The notes: generated by a model not told the origin, from the letters alone. Numbered from the stretch's first letter, positions 25,013 to 37,510 are shown. The stretch: DNA of 64,000 nucleotides from Chiloscyllium plagiosum (GCF_004010195.1 NC_057754.1:9301215-9365214); one strand, 5' to 3'. Program-made: numbers and translations.

Positions 25013-25139
25013 AAAATAAAATATTGCTGGAGAAACTCAGCAGGTCAGGCAGCATCTGTGAGAGGAAGCAGGGTCAGTGTTTTGAGTCCAACATACACAA
25101 CCTCTCCTCATTAAATAACTACACACAGACAACACATAC

Positions 25140-25320
25140 TCTATGTTGTGTGAACTTCTCGATGGAGTCATAGTCATAGTTTTTAAATAATGGAGTGAAT
25201 TGATCCTTACAACAGAGGCGGTGAATAGATCATCCACTGTGACTTGCTGATGCAAAAGCAGGTTGAATGACTGAGTGAATATCTTCCATCATATAGGGCA
25301 GATGAACTGACTCTTCTTGG
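25140..25320 (-). pseudogene. Small relic of about two C2H2 fingers
   Basis: Minus strand TTCATCTGCCCTATATGATGGAAGATATTCACTCAGTCATTCAACCTGCTTTTGCATCAGCAAGTCACAGTGG reads approximately FICPI*WKIFTQSFNLLLHQQV. Confidence 0.65.
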
Positions 25321-25367
25321 TCTGATAATTTTCCACCTTGGATGGGTTACAAAATCCCTATACTTTT

Positions 25368-25389
25368 GTGTGTGTGTGTGTGTGTGTGT
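25368..25389 (+). repeat. (GT)n microsatellite
   Basis: GTGTGT run. Confidence 0.9.
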
Positions 25390-25465
25390 TAGTTACAGTT
25401 CCTTTTGTTGAAGGTCAGGTTAATGACATGGTTAATTAACGGAAGATTCTGGGCTTTTAAAGTAC

Positions 25466-25588
25466 GGGTAGTAGAAAGTGAGGGTTGCAGATGCCCTTCC
25501 TGATGAAGGGTTTATGCTCGAAATGTTGATTCTCCTGCTCCTTGGATGTTGCCTGACCTTCTGTGCTTTTCCAGCACTATACTCTCGA
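25466..25588 (+). mobile_element. Short family B element with 12-bp TSD
   Basis: CTTTTAAAGTAC at 25454-25465 and 25589-25600; core CTGATGAAGGGTTTATGCTCGAAATGTT. Confidence 0.8.
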
Positions 25589-25837
25589 CTTTTAAAGTAC
25601 AGATGTGGACTAGAGAAATTAAAGAAATTATGAACAATCTGCATAAACATTGATTTGGCCTGAATTTTAATATTTTGCTGAATCACCACTTTTTAAGAGG
25701 AGACAAAGGCATTCCTAAGAATTGTTCCACTACTAAGGAACTTCAGTTATGTGGATATATTGGAGATACCAGGACTTTACTCCATGAAGATAGGAAAGTT
25801 AAGAGAAGATTCAGTACAGGTGTTCATAATCATGAGA

Positions 25838-26187
25838 TCATAGAATCCCTACAGTGTGGAAACAGGCTGTTTGGCCAAACAAGTCCACACTGACCCTCTG
25901 AAGAGCAACCTACCTAGACCCATTCCCCTACCCTATTACTCTACATTTCCCATGACTAATGCACCTCACCTCCACATCCCTGAACACTATGGGCAATTTA
26001 GCATGGGCAGTTCACCTAATCTGCACATCTTTGGACCGTGGGAGTGAACTGGAGCACCCAGAGGAAACCCACACCGACACGAGGAGAATGTGCAAACTCT
26101 ACACAGACAGTTGCTCGAAGCTGGAATCAAACCTGGGTCCCTGGTGCTGTGAGGCAGCAGTGCTAACCACTCAACCACCGTGCTGCC
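25838..26187 (-). mobile_element. HE1-like SINE
   Basis: tRNA head (GTGGTTAGCACTGCTGCCTCACAGC on -), body and CR1-like tail. Confidence 0.85.
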
Positions 26188-29100
26188 CAAGGTTGGGACA
26201 ATGAAAATAGAGAGAAAGTGTTCTTGCTGGTGGAAGTGTTGAGAACCAGAGGAGACCAGTTTAAAATAATTGACAAAAGAAATGATGCTGATATGAGAAG
26301 AAAAAATTGCTTCACTGAGATCTGCACAGCACTGCCTGAGAATATGGTGGAGGCAGATTCACTTGAGGCTTCTAAAAGAGAATTGAACAATTATCTGAAG
26401 AGAACAGAAGTAGAGGGCCAAATTAGAAAAATGGGCCTAGGTGTATTGCTATTGCAGAGAGCTAACATAGACACAGTAAGTCAAATGCCTCCCTCTGTGC
26501 TGTAACCAGACCCAGGAAAAGAAATTATGGGTATTGGTTCTTCACATGCTTCTGGGCCTCAATAACCCCAATAACTCGTGTCGGTGTGGGTTTCCTCTGG
26601 TTTCCAGAATTGGAAACCATAGTACACTGGAGATACAATGGTTTCAACCCATTTCATGTGGACTTAGCAAAACACCTTGCCTACTGTCTTCTATTATTCA
26701 TAAAGCCCAATGAAAACTCAGATTTAATGTTGATTTACTTCACAACTTTGTCAGACATGTATGCACAATATGGTTGTTCATATTTTGCAACCAGCTTTGC
26801 TTCATTGAGCCTGGCCCTCTCTCTATGTATATCCAGCCTGCAATATTCAAAAGGCTTGGCCAACAGAAAATATTGCACTGGAAACAAAAATGCTGGAAAT
26901 CACAGCAGGTCAGGCAGCATCCATGGAGAGAGACCAAGCTAATGTTTCAAGTCAAGAAGACTCTACATCGGACCACTTTGCCTTGAGCAATAAATATATT
27001 CTTATTTTATGTTAAACTGACCACATTCACAAATGCCTAGCATTGTGTAGATAGTCAACAGCGAAATATGACAGGTATTGGAAATCTGAAATAGAAACAG
27101 AAAATTCTAGAAATTCCCACCAGGCCAAGAATCAATGTTTCAGATCTACAATGTGCACAGCTTAAGATTAAAGAGTCACTGACCTTTGCATAGATACTGT
27201 TCGATGTATTGAGCAATTTAACACTTCCTATTTCTATTGAAGCAAAAATAACCCATTTTGTCAGCCCTCTAAAAAGCAATCAGATTTATTGATAGCTTAC
27301 CATTTCCCTGCAGTAAGAAACCCAGCATCACTTGCGTGAAATCTGCTTTGGCACAACATTAAGCATGAATGTCAAAATAAGTTAAGGTATGAAGCAATTT
27401 GCTGAGCAACAAAAAAGTCTCAAAGCAATACTTTTTTTGAATGAAATTCAATAAATATATCCATTAAGAAATGGCCAAAGTGTAGAGTTAGCTTTAAAAA
27501 AAACCCTTAATATGTAATGGTAGGGGGAGACAAACTGGGCTCCAAACCCCCAGAGAATGGGATGGGGCTGGAAAGCTAAGGAGTTGGATCTAACTAATGC
27601 TGACTTCTCATTTGGCTCCACTGGTGCACACTCCAAGCTGTGTGGTGTTCATTAAAAAAGTGGACATTAGAAATGAGATGTCTTTCAGCCTGTGTTTTCC
27701 TTCTCTCCGAGTTTGATGTGTGATTAGGTTTTTGTGGAAGGAGGAGGATGAAAGGCAGAGCTTGCTTGTTGTGTCCACATGTGTGTACAGCCCAATGTCT
27801 CTGTGTGTAAGTATGTGTCTTGTGGGCATTCAGTTCAGTACCAGTACAGATTGTATATATACACAGACACACTCTGTCTCTATCTCTCTTTCTTTCATGC
27901 CCTCTCACATACATTCTCGTTCACTCTCTTTTGGGCATTCCCTTGCGCACAGTCATATTTACTTGCATGCATGCATACACACTCTCATTCACGCATTTAC
28001 TCTTCTGCCTCTCCATTACCAGACAGGAGATTGATTTGGGAAGGACTTAGCCAGGTCCACATAAATTAAGTGAAAACTTATTTTTCATTTTAGTTTTATT
28101 TCAGTTTGAAGTATTATTCATATGGTTAATTCAAATTAAAATGAAATGAATTCGAACTGGAAATGTAGAGGCGAAAAGCATTCGATGGGATATGCTTTTA
28201 GTCAATATTGAGAAATATTAAGGTTGGAGCAGGAGAGAAATAATAAAACAATGGTTCAATGATAATGGTCCATTAGTATAGCCTGTCATATTTGAACAAA
28301 GCTAGAGCAATGCTAAAATCATTGCAATAAATCAGAGGGAATTGTATAGGTAGGAAATAAAATTAAAAACTCTTGAAACTTATCTGCAATTTCAGTGCTC
28401 TGCATTGCGGTGAAATAATTATCAACACCCAAGAACGTGCTCTGAAAACAACAAGTAGTGCCTTCAGTGGGCCAGCGCATGCATGAAAGGTCAGGATCAT
28501 GGCCAGGGGTGGACTACGTCATTTGGTATGCACCCTGACTGTGAAAACAATGGTCACATGGACTTGAGCTCTCACTCCAGCATAACAGGACCTCAAGCAC
28601 TAGAATTTTGTCACTGAGCAGGGTGCTGCCACACTCTTGTTTGAAAGCATATTGAGGTATGAGGCAACCACTGCAGACATGATCTTTGGTGATCAGAACC
28701 ATATGTATGCCCTCTCCTGATTGGAAACACTCAATAATACAACATCATGGGTCTGTAGTTCACTAATGCAGGAGAGGCTGTTTTGTTCCTTATTGATATT
28801 ATGAACTTATGCCCCAGTGCAAGTTTGGGTGATTGAGCTGAGAATACAGAATCAGTAAGTGGTGAAGAATCAAAGATTCGCCAGGGAATGGATTAATAAC
28901 TCGGGGTGCTGCACAAATCTCAAGTGTAACCCCAATTAGATTGATTAAATTGTAAGCAAATATACCGCTCACTTCTTTGTTTTAGTTTCATTAAATACCG
29001 ATTGTCAATGTGGCGCTTCTCAGAAGTTTTCTCACCGCTGTCTGCTCATGTTAACATGATCTCCTATCAGACGAATGTGTTTCTATATTTCACAAAGTTT

Positions 29101-29199
29101 ATAAACATCTCAGCTATCCGTCATGTCCAGTTGGTCTACCCAGAATGCCCCACGTTGCAGAGAGCGATTGTCAATTATCGGGAGGGTGCAGATTAATGG

Positions 29200-29630
29200 C
29201 GTTTTGTTTACCCAGACCGCCCTGCGCTGCAGAAAGCCCCCTATCAGTGACTATGGTAGCCCAGTGCGCAAAGTAGAAGCAGTCTGTGCTCTGAGCATGC
29301 TCAGTGTCAGTCATGGAGACAGCATGAGGAGGAGCGGACGCTCGGGTGTCACGACGAGATTGAGGAAGGGTAAGGGTGGAAACCGCGGCACTGAGGCCTG
29401 GTAACATTATCAATTCCTGGAGGAGGCCCCCTGAGGCTCCGAATAGGAATCGCTAGGCGTGTTTGCTCAGCGGGCGGGCTCTCTGACCGCCATCTTGTGA
29501 GTGGGTGTCAGGGATCCGGGGCACGATCTCCCGAAGTGGTCCCGGGTTACCTAGGCAACTGTTAGCCCGCCATCTTGGTGAAGGAATGACCCTGGCAACC
29601 GGCGGCCATTTTGTTGAGGATGTCAGGTCT
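29200..29630 (+). promoter_or_regulatory. CpG-island promoter, exon 1 and intron 1 of ZNF-2
   Basis: CTGAGCATGCTCAG palindrome; donors G|GTAAGG (29370) or G|GTAACA (29401); YY1-type sites 29487, 29567, 29603; X-box GTTACCTAGGCAAC 29546-29559; acceptor TATTTACAG| at 29701. Confidence 0.75.
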
Positions 29631-30097
29631 TTGGGGAAATAATGAATGGGAATCGTTAGATATGTCTTTTCTGATTTTTTTTTTCAATCCTGTATTTACA
29701 GGCTGGAAAATGTAATCGAACACCACATCAAGATGTCACCGTCACCCCATTCAGCAGGACCTGAAAACGATTGGATTTTGAATATGAAAGGAGAAATGTC
29801 TGATGCTTTGCATGTGGGGAAATATTTCGTACCTGAGGATGATTTGGCAAAACACTGAAACTATCACACACCCCAGAATGAGAATGTTCTGGTGCAAAGG
29901 CTGTGAAAAGAGCTTTAACCAGTTAACGTGGTCTGACTGAATGTTCCAGGGCACTGACTATGGAGAGAGCTTTAATGAATCACACAGCCTGAAAAAAAAT
30001 CACAACATTCACAGTGTGGAGAAAATATCAGTGTTGTGTCCTTAAAAAAAGCTTAAACTGATCGTTCAATCTGGGGAGACGCAAGAACACTCAGAGC

Positions 30098-31399
30098 ATG
30101 GAGAAACGATGGAAATGTGAGGACTGCGGTAAAGGATTTGATTATCCATCTCTGCTGGAAATTCATCGACGCAGTCACACAGGTGAGAGACCATTCATCT
30201 GTTCTGTGTGTGGGAAGGGATTTACTAAATCATCCAGCCTCATGTACCACCAGCGAATTCACACTCAGGAGAAGCCATTCAGCTGCACTTACTGTGGAAA
30301 AAAATTCAGGCAGTCATGCAACCTCACTGCACACCAGCGAATTCATACTGAGGAAAGGCCATTCAGCTGCACTCACTGTGGAAAAAAGTTCAGGCAGTCT
30401 TCAAATCTCACTGCACACCAACTAATTCACACGGGCGAGAAGTCATTCATTTGCTCTGTGTGTGGGAAGGGATTCGCTCAGTCATCAGGACTTTGGTCCC
30501 ACCAGCGAATTCACACTGGGAATAAATTATTCAGTGACACATCCTGTACAAGGAAGTTGAAGTCTTCAACTGGCCTCACGTCACAAGATGATCCTAGAGA
30601 GAAGCCATTTATCTGCTCTGTGTGTGGAAAGGGATTTAGTCAGTCAGGTAGCCTCCTGCTACATCAGCGAATTCACACTGAGGAGAGGCCATTCAGCTGC
30701 ACTCAGTGTGGGAAGAGGTTTAAGCATTCAAACACTCTCACTGCACACCAGCGAATTCATACTGGGGAGAAGCCATTCACTTGCTCCAAATGTGGAAAGG
30801 GATTTGCTCAGTCATCCAACCTGGTAGTGCACCAACGAATTCACGCTGAAGAAAAGCCATTAAACTGCACTCACTGTGGAAAGAGTTTCAGGTCTTCATC
30901 CAATCTCATTGCACATCAGCGCACTCATACAGGGGAGAGAAGGTTCATCTGTTCTGTGTGTGGGAAGGGATTCACTCAGTCAGCCAGCCTCATGTTACAC
31001 CAGCGAATTCACAGTGGGGAAATGCCGTTCAGCTGCACTCAGTGTGGAAAGCAGTTCAGACATTCATCCACCCTCAGTGCACACCAACGAGTTCATACTG
31101 GGGAGAAGCCATTCATTTGCTCCATATGTGGGAAAGGATTCACACATTCATCTGGCCTTTGGTCTCACAAGCGAGTTCACACTGGGGAGAGGCAATTCAG
31201 CTGCATTGCGTGTGGAAAAAGATTCAGGTCTGCATCTGATTTGAATGTACACAAGCGAGTTCACACTGGGGAGAGGCCATTCACCTGTTCTACTTGTGGG
31301 AAGGGATTTACTCTGTCATCCAATCTGCTGACACATCAGAGAATTCATAAGCGTCAACAGAGTTTGAATTCAGCTGTTAATCACGTTCAAGATTTATAG
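30098..31399 (+). CDS. Tandem C2H2 zinc-finger protein, 14 fingers plus 1 degenerate (ZNF-2)
   Basis: 433-aa ORF starting [30 protein letters not shown] in good context (AGCATGG); no effector domain visible. Confidence 0.92.
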   Translation: MEKRWKCEDCGKGFDYPSLLEIHRRSHTGERPFICSVCGKGFTKSSSLMYHQRIHTQEKPFSCTYCGKKFRQSCNLTAHQRIHTEERPFSCTHCGKKFRQSSNLTAHQLIHTGEKSFICSVCGKGFAQSSGLWSHQRIHTGNKLFSDTSCTRKLKSSTGLTSQDDPREKPFICSVCGKGFSQSGSLLLHQRIHTEERPFSCTQCGKRFKHSNTLTAHQRIHTGEKPFTCSKCGKGFAQSSNLVVHQRIHAEEKPLNCTHCGKSFRSSSNLIAHQRTHTGERRFICSVCGKGFTQSASLMLHQRIHSGEMPFSCTQCGKQFRHSSTLSAHQRVHTGEKPFICSICGKGFTHSSGLWSHKRVHTGERQFSCIACGKRFRSASDLNVHKRVHTGERPFTCSTCGKGFTLSSNLLTHQRIHKRQQSLNSAVNHVQDL

Positions 31400-32469
31400 T
31401 TGAAATAGTTTTTGATAATGTCTCTGTTGATGTTAACAATCCTGATAAGTGTATCTTTGGGGCTGCAGTGTCCCTTTTGATTATCAACTTTTACTTTAAA
31501 CTTATATTGATCTTTGGTGCAAACTCTCCAACACAGTGTCTGAGAAGTGCCACTGATGAACATTTCCAGTTAGACAGTGTTGACTAATACTTGGTGACAG
31601 TTCTTACAGGCTTGCACAGAGCAGCATTTTGAAATTATATCGTTTCATGTACCTTGACAACTTAGTGAGACATTTTACAGAAAAATGAAAGCTTTATCGA
31701 TCAAGATCATTAGGGATGAAACTTGCGAGTTTCTCAATTCAATCATTTTTGACACAGCAGCAGCAGCAGTAGCAGCAATGTTTGGTAAAAGTAGGACCCA
31801 TAACAAAGAATGGTCTGTGTCCTGTTCGGTAGACGTGACTTTTCATTGAAGCAAAAAGCAGAACTGACCTGATGCACAACATCAACCCGATATGCTACAA
31901 CGTTCACCTGAAAGTCGCCAAAATGACTGTGTGAAGTCTGGAGAGCTGCTGTGCAAAGAACATGTCAAGGAATCCAAACTGCCTGTGACAGTGGAAATCC
32001 ACATGCTGCATTTGGGGTCAAGTGGAGCTACAAGGTTGCCTCCCTGAAATCGGTAGTTACTTAAATTCTTACCGACAGATGTAAGTATCCCAGTGGATTG
32101 TACGCAACTTTGAGTTGTACCCCTCTGAGATTGCACATTTTCCAGTTTTGTTTGGCATTTTCAGCAGCTTCCTGTCATCATTGACAAGGAACACTCGTCG
32201 CTTGATTTAGAAACAGCCCTTGATTACACAGCAAGCAGAGGATGTAACCATAGCTGAATTGCTTAAGCACGAAAGTCTGATCTATTTCTGCACATTCACA
32301 ACCACCTATTCTCTGGGAAAGTGGCAACACCGCGAAAAACCCTGTCTATTCAAGATGGAGGGAAGCTGATAACATGAAACGTGTAGGCCACTTAACATGA
32401 TCTCTGTCATGGGGAAGCCATTAGAAGCAATCATTAAAGAAACTACAGTTTTGCACTTGGGGTCATAAA

Positions 32470-32768
32470 ATCCAGCGTGGAAGCAGGCCATTTGACCCAT
32501 TCAGGCTCACCAATTCACCAAAGAGTATCCCACCCAGACACCATTTTGCATGGTTAATCCACCTAGCCTGCATACTTTGGGCAATTTAGCGTGGCCAATC
32601 CACCTAATGTGCACATCTTTGGACTGTGGGAGGCAACTGGAGCACCCGGAGGAAACGCAGAAAGACACAGAGAGAATGTGCAAACTGCACATAGACATTA
32701 ATCTGAGGGCGGAATTGAACCCGGTTCCCTGACGCTGTGAGGCTGCAGTGCTAGCCACCGTGCCACCA
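32470..32768 (-). mobile_element. HE1-like SINE inserted in a CR1 relic
   Basis: tRNA head and body on the minus strand; flanks continue a degenerate CR1 RT (~32300-33110). Confidence 0.8.
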
Positions 32769-33110
32769 CTTAGAAAGCAAAAATCAGGAAGACTCAGCAG
32801 ACTTCATGAAAAGGAAATCATGTTTGATTAATTTATTGGAGTTTTTGAAGGAGTAATTACCATGCCGTCGATAGAAGGGTATGTGTCCATGTACTTAGAT
32901 TTCAAGAAGGTATTTGGTGACACTCTATATTGACGGTTATAGCAGAAAGTAAAAGCTTGTGGACGTGACACATTAACATGGATGTAAGATTGTCTTCTGC
33001 CAGCCAGCCACAGTATAAATAAATAGATTTTTTTTCCCAATTAGCAGCATGTGATGAATAAATTTCTGTAGGGGTCTGTGCTGGGTACTCAACATTTTGC
33101 AACTTAGATT

Positions 33111-33649
33111 TGTGATGATGTTGTCACTTTAAGAGATTATTTTGTCCTGATGTTGTTTTTGAAGAGAGGTTGTAGGGCAGAGGAGCTGAGCCACTTGAAC
33201 AAACAGCTTGAGTGTTCTTGAGTTGTTTTTTAATAATCTGAATAGGTGTGGCCAGCTCTCTCAGATTAGGATTTTTGGGTTTTAGTTTTTCATTAGCATC
33301 TGAAGCTGCTGGAAACTTCAGTGAATGTCTCCTGGCTGCTATTGTCTGAATTTTCTCTTGACATTTTACCTTCCTGAATTGGAGAGAATCTGTGTCTGAA
33401 TTTTCTTTTTTTTTTGCCAAGGGGTATGTTTATGGGATGTTACAACATTGGAACAGTTAATTAGTAATGTTACTGTATCTATTATTCTGTTAATTTTTCC
33501 AAAAGAGTTAAGTTATTCTAAATTCCTTTTACTTTGGTTTAAATAAATTGCATCTGCTCTTCACATTGGCCTTTGAAAATAAGAAAAGTTTAGGGTCTAG
33601 GCTACATTCTTAAAATATTTTGAGGGGGGGTCTGGCCTTGTCCGTAACA
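33111..33649 (+). mobile_element. Possible solo LTR
   Basis: TG...TCCGTAACA ends, AATAAA at ~33542, interrupts CR1 sequence; no clear TSD. Confidence 0.45.
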
Positions 33650-34870
33650 AATCAATGAGGTAGCTGGGAAAAGTGAAGGAATGGTAGTTATATCGCAGAC
33701 AACACCAAGATAGTTGGAAAGTGTGTTGTGTAAAAGACCTAAGGAAATTACGGATGGAAATAGCTAGGTTGAGTCATAGAGTTGTACAGCATGGAAACAG
33801 ACCCTTCAGTCCAACTCGTCCATACTGACCAGATATCCTCAGTAATCTAGTCCCATTTACCATCATGTGGCCATTATCCCTCTAAACCCTTCCTATTCAT
33901 GTACCAATCCAGATGCCTTTTAAATGTTGTAATTGTACCAGCTTTCTCCACCTCCTCTGGCAGCTCATTCCATACACACACTACCCTCTGAGTGAAAAAG
34001 TTGCCCCTTAGGTCCATTTTAAAGCATTTCCCCTCTCATCTTAAACCACTGCCCTCTAGTTTTGAACTCCCGTACCCTGGCAGGTGGAGTACAATGTGGA
34101 AAAATGCCATGTTGTTCACTTTGGCAGGAAGAATTAAAAGGCAGAGTATTACTTAAATGGAGAAAACTGTAGAATTCTGAGGTGCAGAGGGCTTTAGGTG
34201 TTCTGGACCATGAGTCACCAATAGTTCGTTAAAAATCACACAACACCAGATTATAGTCCAACAGGTTTACTTGGAAGTACTAGCTTTCGGAGTGCTGCTC
34301 CTTCATCATGCTACAGTTATACAGGGCTTTTGTGATACAACATCTTGAATACCATGTGTAGTTTTGGTTTCCTTATTTGAGGAAGGGTCTGAATGTCTTC
34401 GAGGTGATTCAAAGGATCTTTACTAGATTGATCCTTGGAATGAGCAGCTTGTCTTATGTTAGAAGGTTGGACAGCCTTTATGGCTTGTTTCCACTGGAGT
34501 TTAGACGAGTGAAATGTTATTTCATTTAAGTGTAAAAGGTCTTAATGAGATGGACGTGGAAAGGATGTTTTCTCTTGTGGGTCAGTCCAGAACTAAGATT
34601 TTAAAATTAAAACATTGCCTTTTCAGGACTGAGATGAGATTTTCTTTTAGTCTCTGAAGGTTGCACAACTTTGGCACTCTCCCCTCAGAATGCGATGGAG
34701 ACCAGGTTATTGGTTATTTTCAAGCTGGAAGTGGATAGATTCTTGTTAGGCAGGGATCATGGTATCGAGGGTTAATGGGAATGTGGATTTGAAACATAGA
34801 CCGATCAGGCCAATCTCAACGAATGGTAGAGCAGGCCCAGGTGCCCATATAGTCAACTACTGCTTCTGTT
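33650..34870. mobile_element. Patchwork of CR1 fragments with a family A element at 34228-34312
   Basis: CR1 (+) GAGTACAATGTGGAAAAATG...CACTTTGG; inverted CR1 tail at 33775-34080. Confidence 0.7.
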
Positions 34871-35237
34871 TTGTATGTTTATGTGAAAAGTCTTTTCATA
34901 TCTATAGGATGTGGGTATGCAAAAGTTATTGCATCATAGAAAAGAATGGTGTTGGAGAGGAATTGCAACAGCAGGGCAGCTCTCACCGTAGGTCCTTCAC
35001 TGGGCTCGCATTTCAAAAACTCCAGTCACTTGTGGAGTGACTTCATCCAGAAACACAATGTGGTTTCAGTGTGGGCAAGTTAACAGTGGATAGGACCTTC
35101 TCTGTACACCAGCTACAAGAGAAATTTACAATTTGGCGCTTACATCTAGAATGCTACCAGCTTCTGTGCTGAATAAAGTGAAATATAATTATAGAGTGAA
35201 AACAAAACTTTAGGAGTGGATTCCAAAATACATGTTA

Positions 35238-35835
35238 ATTGGGGTGGCACAGTGGCTCAGTGGTTAGCACTGCTGCCTCACAGTGCCAGGGACCCAGGTT
35301 CGATTCTTGCCTCGGGCGACTGTCTGTGCGGAGTTTGCACGTTTTCCCCGTGTCTGTGTGGGTTTCCTCCAGGTCCTCCGTTTTACTCCCACAATTCAAA
35401 GATGTGCAGGTCAGGTGAATTGTTTGTGCTAAATTGTCCATGGCGCTCAGTGATGTGTAGGTTAGGTGCATTAGATTAGATTAGATTCCCTACAGTGTGG
35501 AAACAGGCTCTTCGGTCCAATAAGTCCACACCGACCCTCCGAAGAGCAACCCACCCAGACCCATTCCCCTAACTAATTCACCTAACACTATGGGCAACTT
35601 AGCATGGCTAATTCACCAAACCTGCACATCTTTGGACTGTGGGAGGAAACCGGAGCGCCTGGAGGAAACCCATGCAGACACGGGGGGGGGGAATGTGCAA
35701 ACTCCACACAGTTGCCCGAGGTCTGGGATAAATGTAGAGTAGTTGGGGAATGGGTCTGGTTGCGTTACTCTTTGGAGGTGGGTAGGGGCCTGTTGGGCTG
35801 AAGGGCCTGTTTCCATGCTGTAGGAATTCTATGAT
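35238..35835. mobile_element. Nested HE1-like SINEs (a - copy at ~35470-35722 inside a + copy)
   Basis: Head GGTGGCACAGTGGCTCAGTGG at 35242; opposite-strand tail and body from ~35475; the + tail resumes at ~35725. Confidence 0.8.
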
Positions 35836-36187
35836 TCAAAGGCACCGAGATGTTTGATTCCAGAAGTTATGCTTTAGCTTAAAGTGTCATCTGTATCTCT
35901 CAAACTGGAAAACTCCAGGCTGTCCAACTCTTTCTTTTTAGCTCTGGGGAGGCCAAAGCTTTTGTGTCCCTGGGAAAGTGAGCTTTCTTAATTTCATTCT
36001 TTTTGACAGACATTTGGAAAATTCCCTGAAGCAAAACCAAAAGAGAAAAAAGTGCAAAACAAAGTATTAAATAGAATTGGTAAAATAAATGATTAACATG
36101 TATGTTGGTTCTTCTTTGGTCTGAAAGTGAGGCTAGGTCACACAATTGTCTGCTTTTATGAAAGTTTAATTGCATACAAGCAGAATA

Positions 36188-36910
36188 GTTGAATTGAATT
36201 GAATTTATTGTCACCTGTACCGAGACACAGTGAAAAGCTTTGTCTTGCGAGCAATCCAGGCAGATCGCAGAGTTAAGTTGCATAGATAAGCAAATAATAG
36301 GTAACAGCGGCAAAACCAAAAACACAGGTACAGGGGAATGTTAAGAGTTTGTGAGTCCATTCAGTATTCTAACAACAGTAGGATAGAAACTGTTACAAAA
36401 CCGGCTGGTGCGTGTGTTCAGGCTTCTGTACCTTCTCCCCAATGGTAGAGGTTGTAGAAAAACATTGCCAGGCTGGGATGGATCTTTGAGAATGCTGGCG
36501 GCCTTTCCTTGACAACGTGCCTGGTAGATGGATTCTATAGATGGGAGGTTGGCCTTTGTGATTTTCCGGGCCAAGTTCTCTGTAACTGTCTCCGATCTCA
36601 CCAGGTAGTGATACATCCAGACAGAATGCTCTCGATGGCGAACCTATAAAAGTTGGCGAGGGTATTCGCCGTCATGTCAAATTTCCTCAGCTGCCTGAGG
36701 AAGAGGAGACGTTGTTGGGCCTTTGTAACCAATGCATCCATATGAAGAGTCCAAGAAAGCCTGTTGTGAACGACCACGCCCAGGAGCTTGACACTCTCCA
36801 CTCATTCCACCTTTGTGCTGTTAATGTGTGGGGGGGGGGCATGAGTAACATCCTGCCTGGAAGTCAGGAGTGAGTTCCTTGGTTTGGCCGGCATTGAGAG
36901 CTAGGTTGTT
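36188..36910 (-). mobile_element. Rex1/Babar-type non-LTR retrotransposon 3' fragment
   Basis: VKLLGV...LSWTLH...KAQQRLLFLRQLRKF...IESILSGCITTW; FCNSFYPTVVRILN; (AATTC)n tail. Confidence 0.75.
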
Positions 36911-37194
36911 CCCCTCAAAGGTGGTGATGATTTGAACTAAATACATGAAATAAAATTAAAATGTAGTACAATAGTATGAGTAAAATAAAATGAAGGTTCA
37001 CTTTTACATTTCATTTTCACTTTTACATCAACCTCCCTCGATGAAAAAGTTAAAAAGGGTGGAGTTTGGTGCAAACTTTAATATCAAGGCTGAAACTTAC
37101 CGTTGGGAATCAAACATTTTGAAACATTTTGCAATTCTGCATGCATTTTGTAACTCATACTTGGAGTTATTCTTATTCAGTTAATTTTTTTTAA

Positions 37195-37510
37195 GATTTG
37201 ATTACTTACAGTGTGGAAACAGGCCCTTCGGCCCAACAAGTCCACACCGACCCGCCGAAGCGCAACCCACCCAGACCCATTCCCCTACATTTACCCCTTC
37301 CCCTAACACTACGGGCAATTTAGCATGGCTAATTCACCTAACCTGCACATTTTTGGACTGTGGGAGGAAACCGGAGCACCCAGAGGAAACCCATGCAGAC
37401 ACGGGGAGAATGTGCAAACTCCACACAGAGAGTCGCCTGAGGCGGGAATTGAACCCGGGTCTCTGGCACTGTGAGGCAGCAGTGTTAACTGCTGTGCTGC
37501 TGTGCCACCC
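37195..37510 (-). mobile_element. HE1-like SINE, young subfamily
   Basis: Close match to 39815-40130. Confidence 0.9.

Noticed and set aside
27594..28069. Cluster of ORFs on both strands
   Set aside because: Low-complexity CA/CT-rich sequence with no domain signal.
30117..31244. Overlapping alternative-frame ORFs in ZNF genes (also 49553-49921, 58163-58528, 13708-13938)
   Set aside because: Shadow frames produced by repetitive finger codons.
31510..32300. Possible DNA-transposon or coding relic downstream of ZNF-2
   Set aside because: No terminal repeats, ORF or motif could be identified by eye.
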